From the NCBI GenBank assembly GCA_051313645.2, contig JBNRSN020000026.1, positions 51,398,001 to 51,462,000 of the forward strand: DNA of 64,000 nt, written 5' to 3'. This document shows positions 1 to 12,660 of the stretch, piece by piece. The DNA comes from Centroscyllium fabricii. Its lineage: Eukaryota. The first letter of the stretch is position 1; the number at the start of each line of letters is the position of its first letter. The notes under the pieces were generated by a model that saw only the letters and a list, made by a program, of their open reading frames with translations, did not search any database and was not told the origin of the DNA. A program made the translations under genes and the position numbers.

Positions 1-167
1 TCAGAGGTGTAAATTTCTCAAGTTCCCTCTCTCGCTGCGGGGACATGCCTGGCCTCTGCTCAATGACTCCTCATGTTGGCATGATTGAGATTGGGAAGCT
101 CACCATTTGGGGATTCATTGGCATCAAGCAAAGTCCTTTCACTCTATGGGATAGTGTGTTAGAGCTG

Positions 168-1006
168 CGGGGGGGGATTTTCAAGTCCCCGTGAGGCTGG
201 GTTTTCGGCGGCCCGGCCGGCAAAATAGCGGAACCGGCGGATCCCGCCCCTCCCCGCCGTATCCCTGCCGCTTTCTCATTTTCCCCTGCCCAGATTCCCC
301 GCCCCGAAACCTTCCCGCCGCTGACCGGCGGGGATGGGTTGTCACCTCGTTAAGGGCCCTTAATTGGCATCTTAAATGCCATTTTAAGGGCCCTCAGCCA
401 TTTTGCCCTGTTTCCCGCCCTAACCCCGCTACCCTAAACCCTGCTGTGTTTCACCCAGCGGGAGCACAGCGCTGGTTATTACTGTTGGACTATAACCTGG
501 TGTTGTGTGACTTCTTGCATTTATAACTTTGTCCTTCAAGGTGTGACGGACATGCTGCCAAATGCTTGGCATGCCTCCAGCACCTTAGAGGAGATAGTAA
601 CTCCATTCTGGCTGCAGCAGTAGCTGTGAGCAGAAACTGAGAAATCTCAGTTCTGCAAAGTTCCTGAGAGCTGCTGTGAGTTGTGAGGGATTCTGAGCCC
701 GCCCGCCCACCTGTCAGTCACCAGCACTTGGCCTTTCCCATTGGCTCCACTCCACTGTGATGTCACAGTGGAGTGTTTCCATGGGAACTGACAACAACCA
801 GTGCTGGAACTATCAAGCAAACTGCTCACAGGTCCGCTGCAGCCCGACTCGATTGACCTAATTACCTCCCGCTGCCGCAGTCGGGGATTTAACAACCTAA
901 TTAAACTAAAATTGCATGGCCTTCCCAGCTGTTTGGGCGGGCGGGGCCGGTGGCGGCCCAGACCAATCCCCGCCAGGTTCCCGCCCTTCCGGCAAAATCC
1001 CCCCCG
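168..1006. mobile_element. Harbinger/PIF-like non-autonomous DNA element (MITE)
   Basis: Terminal inverted repeats GGGGGGATTTT...AAAATCCCCCC, GC-rich subterminal palindromes, no coding capacity; contains a ~40-bp Penelope fragment at 481-522. Confidence 0.55.
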
Positions 1007-1769
1007 CAGTGTGTTGCCCCACATCCCTCAGCAGCCCCCGAGGATCTTTCTGTCAGACTTGTACGACATCTAAATTGCGGGTTTGAAAATATAAAGCATG
1101 GGCCTCACACTCCTGTTTATTATCACATTGAAAAGGGCCAGCCTCTGTTTCATGTGGCAACAAACCATACATTAAAAAGCAGACACATTTTCTCAGGTGC
1201 TCTCATCTGTGGTATGAAGTTAAAATGTTCTCGGATTTGGAAGGGAGTTCCTGTTTTCATTCCTTTCAAATTTACTACAGACATCTTGTTAATGCTGTGC
1301 TTATTCAGACCACCCAGAACTAAAAATAAGGCAGCAACTCCCTTGAAATACTAACTGCAACATATAGTTGACTGCAGATAGGTGTCGTAATAAGGAACTT
1401 CAAATTCAGGTTCCTCTATCAATTTTACAATAATGTAGGTTACTTTTCATTGGTTTCCTCCCCTTAAATTTTTCCATGGCCAAGTGTTCAGCCAATGAGC
1501 TGCAACCTGCTCTGTCTATCGATTATCATTTAGCCCTACAGGGATAGGGTTTAACATGGTTAACAGGACATACCAAAATACTGGGGCTAAAGTATTACCC
1601 AAGTAACATGAGATACTGAAAACGCAAGGATACGGGTCCCACGCAGCTGGCGAGCCGGCTAATAAATTGAAAAAACCCCGCGTGCGTGGAATTTTGACTG
1701 GGCCACGCAGCCCACTAAAGGGACCACGAGGCCCCACCTCAAACAAAAATTACAGGGAACATGGATAAT

Positions 1770-2056
1770 GACCAGATTATCTGTTTTTTGTGATGTTGAG
1801 TAAGGGATAAAAATTGGTCGGGGACATCAGGGAGAACTCCACTGCTCTTCTTCGAAATAGTGCCATGGGATCTGTTAAGTCCACCTGACAGAGCAGACTT
1901 TAATGTCTCATCTGAAAGACGGCACCTCCCACAATGCAGTGCTCCCTCAGTATTGCGCTGGAGTGTCAGCCTAGACGTTTGTGCTCATGTGTCTGGAGTG
2001 GGAACCCACAACCTTCTGACTCAGAGGCAAGAGTGCCACCGACTAAGCCACGGCTG
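1770..2056 (-). mobile_element. Deu-domain SINE remnant (SacSINE1/AmnSINE1-like)
   Basis: Recalled Deu-core motifs (AATAGTGCCATGGGATC...TCTGAAAGACGGCACCTCC...CTCAGTATTGCGCTGGAGTGTCAGCC) followed by a tRNA-like head. Confidence 0.6.
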
Positions 2057-2193
2057 ATACTGGGATAGGGTATAACGCAGCAACAAACCAGGTACTGAAA
2101 TATCATTGATAGGGTGTAACCTAGGCTACACCCAGTGACTGAAACACCAGGAATAGAGCATAACTCAGGGCATAGCCAGATATTGAAGTACCA

Positions 2194-2952
2194 TAAGAAC
2201 ATAAGAAGTAGGAGCAGGAGTAGGCCATACGGCCCCTCAGGCCTGCTCCACCATTCAATAGGATCATGGCTGATCCGAACTTAGACTCATGTCCACTTCC
2301 CTGCCCGCTCCCCATAACCCCTTATTCCCTTATCAGCTAGGAAACTGTCTATCTCCGTTTTAAATTTATTTAATGTTGCAGCTTCCACAGCTCTCTGAGG
2401 TAGCAAATTCCATAGATTTACTACCCTCTGAGTGAAGAAGTTTCTCCTCATCGCAGTTTTGAAAGGGCAGCCCCTTATGCTAAGATTATGCACCCTAGTT
2501 CTAGTCTCACCCATCAGTGGAAACATCCTCATGCATCCACCCGATCAAGCCCCCTCACAATCTTATATGTTTCGATAAGATCGCCTCTCATTCTTCTGAA
2601 TTCCAATGAGTAGAGGCCCAACCTACTCAACCTCTCCTCATAAGTCAACCCCCTCATCTCCGGAATCAACCGAGTGAACCTTCTCTGAACTGCCTCGAGA
2701 GCAAGTATACCTTTTCTTAAATATGGAAACCAAAACTGCACGCAGTATTCCAGGTGTGGCCTCAACAGTACCCTCTATAACTGCAGCAAGTCTTCCCTGC
2801 TTTTATACTCCATCCCCCTTGCAATAAAAGCCAAGATTCCATTGGCCTTCCTGATCACCTGCTGTACCTGTGTACTAACCTTCTATGCTTCATGCACCAG
2901 GACCCCCCAGATCCCTTTGTACTGTAGCACTTTGCAGTTTCTCTCCATTTAG
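2194..2952 (-). mobile_element. CR1 LINE 3' fragment (degenerate)
   Basis: ORF pieces RPHLEYCVQFW...RRMRGDLIETYKI and [14 protein letters not shown]; (TTCTTATG)n-type tail. Confidence 0.9.
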
Positions 2953-3039
2953 ACCAGGGATAGGTATAACAAGGTACAGAAATATCATCAGTAGCAGTGA
3001 TACACAGGACCTGGTGAAGCTTACTGGGTTATTTTCTGA

Positions 3040-3895
3040 AATAGTTATGGCACTGGATCAGCAATCCAGAGGTTGTGAGTTTAAATCCCACCTTATCAAA
3101 TGGGGGTACAGGTTGAGCACCGTTAATCGGGCACGGGCGGGACCAGGCCCGTGCCAGGAAATGGAAAAAACCGGGAGAACGAGTTTGGACACTGCGCATG
3201 CGCGCCAGTCAAAATGGCCGCGCGCATGCGCGCAGCATTGCGATTGGCTGGCGCGCGCATGCGCAGATCGGGCCCGGGTCCGCCGTCCCTCTCCATCGCC
3301 TTTGGGGTTGCTGCTGCCGCCGAGCGGGACTCAGGCTGACAGCTGTTGCCTAGTGACTGTCCGCCACAGTCACGGGGATCAGCTGTCGAGAAAATAACGG
3401 GCGGCCGTATTGAATTATCTGCGCATGCGCTAACCGTCCGGTGACGCATGCGCAGATCATTCAAAACACCCGCAGCTGTTTTGAATGATCTGCGCATGTG
3501 CTCGGCGCATGCGCAGATCATTCGCTGAAGCCACGATGGGGGCTGCCATTTTGCGCATGCGCAGTGCAATCGGGGCAATTTGTGCCGGCAGACTGAAGCT
3601 GCCGGCTATTCAGGACACGGATTAACGGTGCTCAACCTGTATTGACTTAACTAGTGGCAATTTGTGAGCTAGCACCAGATAAAATAACAATGAGATGTGT
3701 TGGATTCTTGTTACACCCCAGCTAGTTCACTAATATTCCCCAGGGAAGGCAACCTGCCACCTCTACCCAGTCTGGCCTACATGTAACTCTAGTCCCACAT
3801 GAAATGGGTGTCTTTTAATGCCCTCAGGGCACCTAGAGATGGGCAATAAATGTAGCCTTGCCAGCATTGTCCATATCCTCAGAACATATATTTTC
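3040..3895 (+). mobile_element. LF-SINE-like element interrupted by a MITE
   Basis: GTTCACTAAT...GGGAAGG.AA.CTGCC...TCTGGCCTACATGT...GATGGGCAATAAATG matches the recalled LF-SINE body. Confidence 0.6.
3109..3639. mobile_element. Tigger/pogo-like MITE
   Basis: TIR CAGGTTGAGCACCGTTAATC / GATTAACGGTGCTCAACCTG, TA flanks; interior rich in GCGCATGCGC. Confidence 0.85.
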
Positions 3896-3974
3896 TTAAA
3901 TGTTCACTCTGTTTCGATCTTACTCTTAATCTTTGAGTGTTGTAATCTATTCTACACAATTGTCATTCTTAACT

Positions 3975-5010
3975 ACTACAACAACAATTTGTATTTATAT
4001 AGCGCCTTTAATATACAGGTACAGGTTGAGCACCGTTAATCCGGCACGGTCGGGACCAGGCCCGTGCCGGATTACTGAAAAAGCCGAACAAGTGAAGCTT
4101 TGGCGAGCACATGCACGGACCATTCAAAATGGCCGCCGTGAAAGGCCGGCGGCCATTTTGAATGGTCTGTACATGAGCTCGACGATGCATCAATTGTTCA
4201 GGACCATTCAAAATGGCCACTGCAAAAGGCCAGTGGCCATTTTGAGTGGTCTGCGCATGTGCTCGCCGAAGCATCAATCATTTGGGACCATTCAAAATGG
4301 CCACCGTGAAAGGCCGGCAGCCATTTTGAGTGGTCTGCACATGCACTCACCGAAGCATCAATCATTCTGGGAGGTTCGGGCATGCGCAGCCAAGCGCGGT
4401 GGCCATTTTGCGCATGCGCAGACCAGTCGGGGAGCGGCCCACAAGCGCGGCGGATATTTCGCACATGCGCAGACCAGTTGGGCAGTCGGGGAGAAGCCTG
4501 GGCATGTGCAGCCAAGCGCGGCGGCCATTTTGCGCATGCGCACACCAGTCGGCCGGATTCATTCCAGATGACTGAAGTTGCAGGACTACTGGTGTCCAGA
4601 TTAATAATGCTCAACCTGTAGTAAAACCTCCCAAGGCACTTCACAGGAGAACTTTAAAACAAAATTTGAAACCGAGTCACATAGGAGAAATTCGGGTAGA
4701 TGACCAAAAGCTTGATCAAAGAGGTAGGTTTTAAGGAGCTTTTTAAAGGAGGAGAGAGAGGTAGAGAGGTTTCGGGAGGGAATTCCAGAGCTTAGGGCCT
4801 AGGCAGCAGAAGGCACGGCCACCAATGGTTGAGTGATTAAAATCAGCGATGCTCAAGAGGCCAGAATTAGAGGAGCGCAGATATCTTTGGGGGGAGAGGG
4901 GTGGGGTGGTGTTGTCAGGCTGGAGGAGATTACAGCGATAAGGAGGGCCGAAGTCATGGGGAGAACTTGAAAACAAGGGTGAGACTTTTTAAATTGAGGT
5001 GTTGCTTAAT
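3975..5010 (-). mobile_element. L2-like LINE 3' end, interrupted by a MITE
   Basis: (ACA)n-TTGTATTTATATAGCGCCTTT tail; peptide LRSSNSGLL...GGRAFCCLGPKLWNSLP typical of the L2 C-terminus. Confidence 0.75.
4022..4618. mobile_element. Tigger/pogo-like MITE
   Basis: Same TIR as 3109-3639, TA flanks, internal tandem units (~90 bp). Confidence 0.85.
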
Positions 5011-5119
5011 ATTACCGTGTATGATTAACATGATACGTTAAAATGTAGCTGGGTAAAACAAAGGATACATATAATCTCACAGGTTTGCATTGCGTTTTGC
5101 CTCTATATCTATAAACATA

Positions 5120-5990
5120 GGGGTCAATTTTCCTTGGGCCATGGGGCGGATTTTTGGGCGGGCCTGCAATGAAAATAGCTGAAATGGGGGTCCGCAACCC
5201 CTCCTGCCGCCTTCCCGCCTGCTTGTCAATTTCACCCAGCGGGTCCAATCGGCCCGCCTCCGTCCCGCCCGGCATCGGTGGAGATGCTCGTTAGGCTCAT
5301 TAGGGGCCCTTAATTGGCATCGGTAATGCCATTTTAAGGGTTTCTTGCTATTTTGAGCTTCTTCCCACCCATAACCCACCTGGTGGGAACACCGCCATTG
5401 AAAGCTGGCGGACACCCAATCAGTGTGGTGACTGCCACCTTCAAGGCATAGAAACAGCAGCCAAACCATGGCTTGCTAGCCTCCAACATACTGGAGGTGT
5501 AGCTGTCTCCCAAGGGTGCAAAACTTCAATGGCCAAAAACCTTTAAATCACTTACCTGCCAGCTGCGTCCAACTGACTCTGAGAGAATGCGCTGCGAGCT
5601 TGTCTATGAAGCAACTGTCAATCATCCAGTGGATCAGTTTCTGTTTACATTCCACTGAAACCACAAACAAACAGAGCCAGCCTAGTTAAAGCTGTCACTC
5701 TTAGATTTGTGGTTTTGTCTGTTGACATTGCATTATGACATCATAATGCCCTGAAATCACAGAAAGAGAAGCACCAAGCCTACCACTACAGCTGCCTATC
5801 ATTGGCTCTGCTGCTGACACAATGCAAAGCCCGCACAGTTTCTATGTAAAATCCATCAATTGCCAGTGTCTTCCCACACTCGGGGACTTAATTGGCCAAT
5901 TAAGCCAAAATTGCGTGGGCCTTCCACACCCTTCAGAAAGCAGGAAGATAGAGTGATCAGTGGGGATCCCACCCATTCCCCACACCTTTG
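5120..5990. mobile_element. Degenerate Harbinger-like MITE
   Basis: GGGGTCAATTTTCC start and GGAAAATGACCCC-like end near 5990-6004; shares GGGCCCTTAATTGGCATC with the 168-1006 element. Confidence 0.45.
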
Positions 5991-6682
5991 GGAAAATGAC
6001 CCCAAAATGTAGTAAAATGCTGGAAATGCACAGAAGATCAACATCCAGAAGAGAAATCTAAGTTGATCTTGTGGTGATAGTTACAGATCTTCGGATAGAA
6101 CCATTCTCAGAATCCCTCATCACCTGAAAATATCCACATTTAGTTATAAACTAGTGACACTGACTTAAAATCAACTTTGGAATAGATGAATAATGAACCT
6201 GCGTTTAGAATTTGGCAAATATTACCCATCAGCAAGAGTAGGATATTTATTTGCATGGAATTTAAAGCAAACCCCTTTTGTTCCATTTAGACCCTAGATT
6301 TTAATATCACTTACGTGTGTTTCCTCTACCATTCTATCAAAAAAGGTTTAAAATATTTAAATTAGCACAGTTGTATGAGGATTCACTATGAGAAATGACC
6401 CAGCCTCATTATGCAAAACGTCTGTACTGCCAGTTTTCAAACTGAACACTCTAATACGATCAAGTGCATTTCGGGAAAGGGACATTTTGCTGCTTTCATT
6501 GTTGTTTGCATTATATCCCAGGCTGCCACAAGACGTAAAAGCAAACGTTTTCTGTTTTTTGACCTGCATGTGTAGTATTTGAAAGCCTCTTAGAATGAAT
6601 TAAAAGGCTTTAATACAGAAAAGGGGCTAATAATTCAGCTTTTTAAAAAGAAAATAACAAGATATGTTATAACAAGCCCTGT

Positions 6683-6963
6683 TCCTGGGACTAGGGACAG
6701 GGTCACTGGCAAGGCTTGGAAGCTAAGCAGAGCCAGGCCTGGTTAGTACTTGGAAGGGGGAATACCAGGTGCAGAAGGTCATGAAAGGAGCCCCGGGGAG
6801 GGACGGTTGGCTGAAGATTGTCGGAATGATGGAAAGATGGAATGGCGGCGCGCACAGACGCAGCGGCTTTGCTGGACTCTTGGGAGCTTGCAAGATCACA
6901 TTTCGTTGTCCATGTACTTGTACATTGTATAATGACAATAAAGATTAATTATTATTATTATTA
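6683..6963 (+). mobile_element. 5S rRNA-derived SINE (SINE3)
   Basis: GAAGCTAAGCAG..CAGGCCTGGTTAGTACTTGGA..GGGAATACCAGGTGC is the 5S internal promoter region; GACAATAAAG-(ATT)n tail; second copy at 62376-62671. Confidence 0.85.
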
Positions 6964-7126
6964 TATACAGCAAGGAACCTGCAAACTACTGCAAACACAT
7001 AAAGGCCAGACCTGAAATGGTATCTGCAGAAGACAAAATTCTCCAGCCTCCTTGTTCACACACACTCAATGTGGTGCCATTGGAGATGGTAAGCTAATCC
7101 TGGATTATCGTGCTTCATATTTCCAT

Positions 7127-7592
7127 TGTTGGGTGAAAATAAATTCACGTATGCTATAGCAGAGGTAAAACAGACAGCTTTATTTGTTGACTGAGATCTG
7201 GGAGCAGCGTCTGAGACCCCTCGGTCTGCCAGAGCACCTTCTCCCCGAGTGTCGAGTGCAACAGGCTTATAAACGGTTACAAAAGGCGGGTTAATTGCAT
7301 TTACATACAGCCAATCGATACATATGGCAACGCATAGAATTACATTCTTGCAATCATAGCATCGCACTTCTAACCTAGTCATGGTAGCTCTGCCTGATCG
7401 TGATCGACGATTAAATTTATTGGTCTCATAGTAATTAAATTTGTTGATCTCGTAGTGATTAATTTTGTTGGTCTCGTAGTGATTAAATTTGTTGATCTCG
7501 TAGTGATTAAATCTGTTGGTCTCGTAGTAAGATAGGATGCAGCTGGTTTCGAGCAAAGTCTGTGTCAGCAAGTCCTGGTTGTTATTTTGACA
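7127..7592 (-). mobile_element. Solo LTR (Gypsy/ERV-type)
   Basis: TGT...ACA termini, flanks CCAT/CAAT (4-bp TSD with 1 mismatch), TATA-like TTTATAA then AATAAA on -, about five 24-bp tandem repeats in the putative U3. Confidence 0.65.
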
Positions 7593-8058
7593 CAATAGTC
7601 AAGTATCCCATCATTCCGCTGAGATCCAGAATTCACTCCAACACCCATGTATCTCAAAAAGGAATTTTCGCGTTCTTCATATTAGTAGGAATATACTTTT
7701 CCATTCCAAGCTCCACACTGCATCCATTCTGATTGATTTACTGTGTCTGTTTGGCTTCATGGTAGCTCTCTCACCTCTGAATCAGAAGGATGTGGGCCAA
7801 TGATCCCGCTTATTTTTTTCGGTGCAAGGGCCCTTTAATGGGCTGCGCAGCCCATTCAAATGTTTGTGCATGTGTGGTTTATCTCATACAAACACCAGTG
7901 CACAGCTAGCACGGGACCTCCAGAGCGCTGAGCGGCCGCACGGCCACACAGGTAATGGGAACATTGATGTGGGTTCATCTCCACTCCTGGACTTCACCGC
8001 ATAACTGAGGTGCACACTCCAGTGCAGTAATGAGGGAGTGCTGCACCGTCAGAGATGC

Positions 8059-8895
8059 TGGGCTGGATTTTCATTGAGGAGGCGGCTAGGAGGCGGGACT
8101 ACAACTTTCGGGGTTGTAGTTCCACCTCCATCGAGTTGTGGCCAACCCACGCGATTTCAACTTGATTGACCTTGTTGAGCCCGCCCAGTGGGCTCAGCAG
8201 GCTAATTAAGGGCCACCCGGCAACAGGTGACATCACAGATTGACATTTTATCTGTCAAGGCCTTTTGACATGAAATATCAACGTTTCACAGCTGTTTTGA
8301 AGCTGTCAAACACTGACAATCTGTACTCCAGGTTAATTCCTTCCTCTCAGGCTGATTTAGAGATCTCCCCAGAACAGAAAGCTGAGGCTGCAACTTTTGA
8401 CAGCTGGCGGCCATTCTGCTTTCTGTGCCGGTGAGATGAGGGACTCCCGAGACCTGAAGGAAGGAAGGAAGGCTGTAAAGGTAAATAAAACTTCTTTAAA
8501 CACTTTACACACACCAAACACACTTACCTCTGCACTCATGCACCCATCACTCACCTGAACACCGGACACCTCGACCCCTCCAAGCCCTTCATCCCGGCGG
8601 CCCGCCTCGCTAACTCGCCGTGGTTTGGAGCCGTTGGGAATCACACACTTCAAGAATGAAAATATGGATTAGGCTAAAAACTGTCTGTTAACTACCTGTT
8701 AACAGGCAGTTAATTGGCACTAATCACCTTCCCGCCTCAGGAAGGTGGGTCCCAGTGCGGGTCGGGTACCCACCTCCTTTGAAACTGGCATGGAGGTGGG
8801 TTGGGGGCAGGATGGGTTTGTGCCCCCCGATTTCAGGATTTTAACCACCCACATGCCTCCAATCCCGCCTCCACAACGCAATAAAAATCCTGCCC
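8059..8895. mobile_element. Harbinger-like MITE inserted in a Deu-SINE (7745-9200)
   Basis: TIR GGGCTGGATTTT...AAAATCCTGCCC; flanks rejoin into a Deu-SINE; right half repeated at 16120-16480. Confidence 0.6.
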
Positions 8896-9527
8896 ACTGT
8901 CTTTTAAATGAACTCTCAAGCCGAGACCTGCCTGCCTATTTCGGTGGGCATAAATGTTTCCGTGGCATTAGTTGAATAAGAGCAGAGAGTGTCCCCCCAT
9001 GTCCTGGCCATTATTCATCCCCTCGACCAACAGCACCAAAACAGATTAGCTGGTCATTCATCTCATTGCTGTGTGTGAGACCATGCTGTGCATAAATTGG
9101 TGGCCGTATTGTCTACAAAACAACAGCAAGTAATTAATTGAAGGTGAAGGTCTTGAGACATCCTAAGGATGTGATAGGTGCTATATGGCTGCAAGTTTTC
9201 TTTACATGGTCTAAAATGAAGTGAATAAACATGTTCTAATTTGAAGAATCAGTAAGAAGATACAATAGTGTGGAACATTTAATTGAGAAAAAACTCTCTC
9301 TTGTATGACCGAGCAATAAATTACCCACTCTTATGCAAAGATACTGATTAATTTGACTTGCATGCATTTGCCTTCACTCACTGGTTGCAGTTTAGTGGTA
9401 AAGAGCTGTTAACTTTAAACAAATTGAAAAATGAAGTTTAGAAAGTTCCCAAGCAGTCATTTAGATTGTAGATTGTGGTGAAGCAAAAGCAAGGAGAGAC
9501 AAACTCCTTGAAGAATACTGTTTGAAG

Positions 9528-10943
9528 GATAGAAACATAGAAAATAGGTGCAGGAGTAGACCATTCGGCCCTTCGAGCCTGCACTGCCATTCAACACGTT
9601 CATGGCTGAACATGCTACATCAGTACCCCGTTCCTGCTTTCTCGCCATATCCCTTGATCCCCCTAGTTGTAAGTATTACACCTAACTTCCTTTTGAATAT
9701 ATTTAGTGAACTGGCCTCAACAACTTTCTGTGGTGGAGAATTCCACAGGTTCACCACTCTCTGGGTGAAGAAGTTTCTCCTCATCTCGGTCCTAAATGGT
9801 TTACCCCTTATCCTTAGTCTGTGCCCGCTGGTTCTGGACTTCCCCAACATTGGGAACATTCTGCCCGCATCTAACCTGTCTAAACCGGTCAGTATTTTAA
9901 AGGTTTCTATGAGATCACCCCTCATTCTTCTGAACTCCAGAGAGTACAAGTTCAGTTGATCCAGTCTTTCTTGATATGTCAGTCCGGCCATCCCGGGAAT
10001 CAATCTAGTATACCTTCGCTGCACTCCCTCAATAGCAAGAACGTCCTTCCTCAAGTTAGGAGACCAAAACTGCACACAATACTCCAAGTGTAGTCTCACC
10101 AAGGCCCTGTACAACTGTAGCAACACTTCCCTACTCCTGTACTCAAATCCCCTCACTATGAAGGCCAACATGCCATTTGCTTTCTTAACTGCCTGCTGTA
10201 CCTGCATTTCCACCTTCAGTGACTGATGTACCATGACGCCCAGGTCTCGTTGCACCTCCCCTTTCCCTAATCTGTCACCATTCAGATAATAGTCTGTCTT
10301 TCTATTTTTACCACCAAAGTGGATAACCTCACATTTATCCACTTTGTACTTCATCTGCCATATATTTGCCCATTCACCTAACCTGTCCAAGTCACTCTGT
10401 AGCCTCTTAGCATCCTCCTCGCAGCGCTCACTGCCTCCCAATTTACAGTCATCCGCAAATTTGGAGATACAACATTTAATCCCTTCGTCCAAATCATTAA
10501 TATATAATGTAAACAGCTGGGGCCCCAGCACCGAACCTTGCGGTACCCCGCTGGTCACTGCCTGCCATTCTGAAAGCTGCCCATTTACTCCTACTCTTTT
10601 TTTCCTGTGTGCCAACCAGTTCCCAATCCACGTCAACACATTACCCCCAATCCCATGTGTTTTAACTTTGCACACCAATCTCTTGTGTGGAACCTTGTCG
10701 AAAGCCTTCTGAAAGTCCAAGTATACCACATCCACTGGTTCTCCCTTGTCTATTCTATTGGAAACATCCTCAAAAAATTACAGAAGATTTGTCCAGCATG
10801 ATTTCCCTTTCACAAATCCATGCTGACTTGGACCTATCATGTCACCACTTTCCAAATGGTCTGCTATGACATCCTTAATAATTGATTCCATCATTTTGCC
10901 CACTATCGATGTCAGGCTGACCGGTCTGTAATTCCCTGTTTTC
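9528..10943 (-). mobile_element. 5'-truncated CR1 LINE with RT domain
   Basis: 371-aa open frame 9620-10735 with KAFDKVPH, GVPQGSVLGP, KFADD; (TTTCTATG)n tail. Confidence 0.95.
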
Positions 10944-11160
10944 TGTTGTAGTTCTGTCTAAAAGATTAATTAAAAAATAGACAGTGAAGCTTCATTTTTA
11001 TGAATTCCTGGGCACTGACAAGCTGATTCTTTTAATATGGGCTTCATCTGGCTAAGATTTGAGGAGGCTCATCTGAACCTGGCAAAATATTTGTTACTGC
11101 GAGAGGGGATTTGAAGTTTACACTTTTAGGATTAGTGTCACCTTAAATAAATACCTACTA

Positions 11161-11503
11161 CAGGTTGAGCACCGGTAATCCGGCACGCGATGGTCCGGTA
11201 GCTTCAGTGGTCCAGCACGATTGGAAACCGGCGCTCTTCATTTTGCTGAGCAGCCGCTCGGCGGCGCCACCGTTCACCGCGAAGGGTGAGCGAGCGCTGA
11301 AGGCATCGGACGTTTGGGTTTCTGTTTTTTAGGGCTTGCAAGTGTTCTATCTCTGGACTCCCTCCCGGGGAGTGTTCTAACCGCACGCTCCGAGCCCCGG
11401 GGAGTGTTCTAACCGCACGCTCCCCCCAAACCTTCAGTGGTTTGGAATTTTCAGTGGTCCAGCCACTGGTCCCGAGGGTGCCAGATTAACGGTACTCAAC
11501 CTG
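11161..11503. mobile_element. Tigger/pogo-like MITE
   Basis: CAGGTTGAGCACCGGTAATC...GATTAACGGTACTCAACCTG with TA flanks; interior differs from the other copies. Confidence 0.8.
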
Positions 11504-11535
11504 TATTACTAACAAGTTAATTAACGATATGGTTA

Positions 11536-11946
11536 ACATAGAAACATAGAAACATAGAAGATAGGAGCAGGAGTAGGCCATTCGGCCCTTCGAGCCTGCT
11601 CCGCCATTCAATGAGATCATGGCTGATCATCCAAACCCAGTACCCCGCCCCTGCCTTATCCCCATTTCCCTTGATCCCTATCGAGCCTGCACTGACACAC
11701 ATCCCACCCTATCCCCGTAACCCCACATATTCAATCCCCCTAACACTAAGGGTCAATTTATCCTGGCCAATCAACCTAACCCGCACATCTTTGGACTGTG
11801 GGAGGAAACCGGAGCACCCGGAGGAAACCCGCGCAGACACGGGGAGAATGTGCAAACTCCACACAGATAGTACCCGAGGCTGGATTTGAACCTGGGTCTC
11901 CAGTGCTGTGAGGCAACAGTGCTAACCACTGTGCCTCCGTGCCGCC
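11536..11946 (-). mobile_element. HE1/V-SINE (tRNA-derived)
   Basis: tRNA head with A/B boxes, V-core GTGGAGTTTGCACATTCTCCCCGTG, CR1-type tail. Confidence 0.9.
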
Positions 11947-12660
11947 GTTAAGATGCACACTTCTAACTGCTGGGGACTTCAGGGGCGATTTTCAACTGCC
12001 AGCTGCCCGTCCTCGCCTGATAAATGGGCGGCCAGTAATTGAAAATCGAGGGGAGGGTGCAGCACCTTGGCCACTCCATTAATGCCCAAAGCCGGCCTGA
12101 TACATTTTTCAAGCGGGTCTGTAAATGGGTGAGCAGCACCCCTGTCTGGAACAGGCAGGAGGCTGTGTAAATATGTAAATTAGGTGTCTGCGCCAGTTGC
12201 AAGGCCCTGATTGCAGTTTTCAGGTACAAATGGGCAGAGTGGGTGCCGCGCATCCTCTGCTCATTTGAACCGGCCATTGAGAGGCCTAACCGGCAGATCT
12301 TACAGAGAGGGCTGGAAGCCGCTCAAATAACAGCCCAGCAAACTTTTAATTTGTTTTGGGCAGGGCTCTTCTTGGACCCTCCAAACGTTCTGGTGTACTG
12401 CTGGCCTGTTTGGGACCCTCGCCGGTATCATCAACCACCCCCCCGACAAAGTATGCATTTCATCCAATTGAAGACTTTAAGAGGCCAGAGGAATATCGGC
12501 ATTTCCGAAAAATGTACCCAAGTAAGATAAACAGAATTGTTCGAGGGGCGCCACCTCTGCCACCTGTGGCGAGGTGATCTGGGACTGTGTGGATTTGGCT
12601 ATTCCCCGCTTTCCCTGTTTGGAAGACTAACGCATTGGCTTCCTTTTTTATCCTGGTGTA

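Noticed and set aside
6715-6780. 5S rRNA gene
   Set aside because: 5' part replaced, no oligo-T terminator, continues into a SINE body
7056-7595. 179-aa ORF with NHYEINKF repeats
   Set aside because: In-frame 24-bp tandem repeat inside the putative LTR
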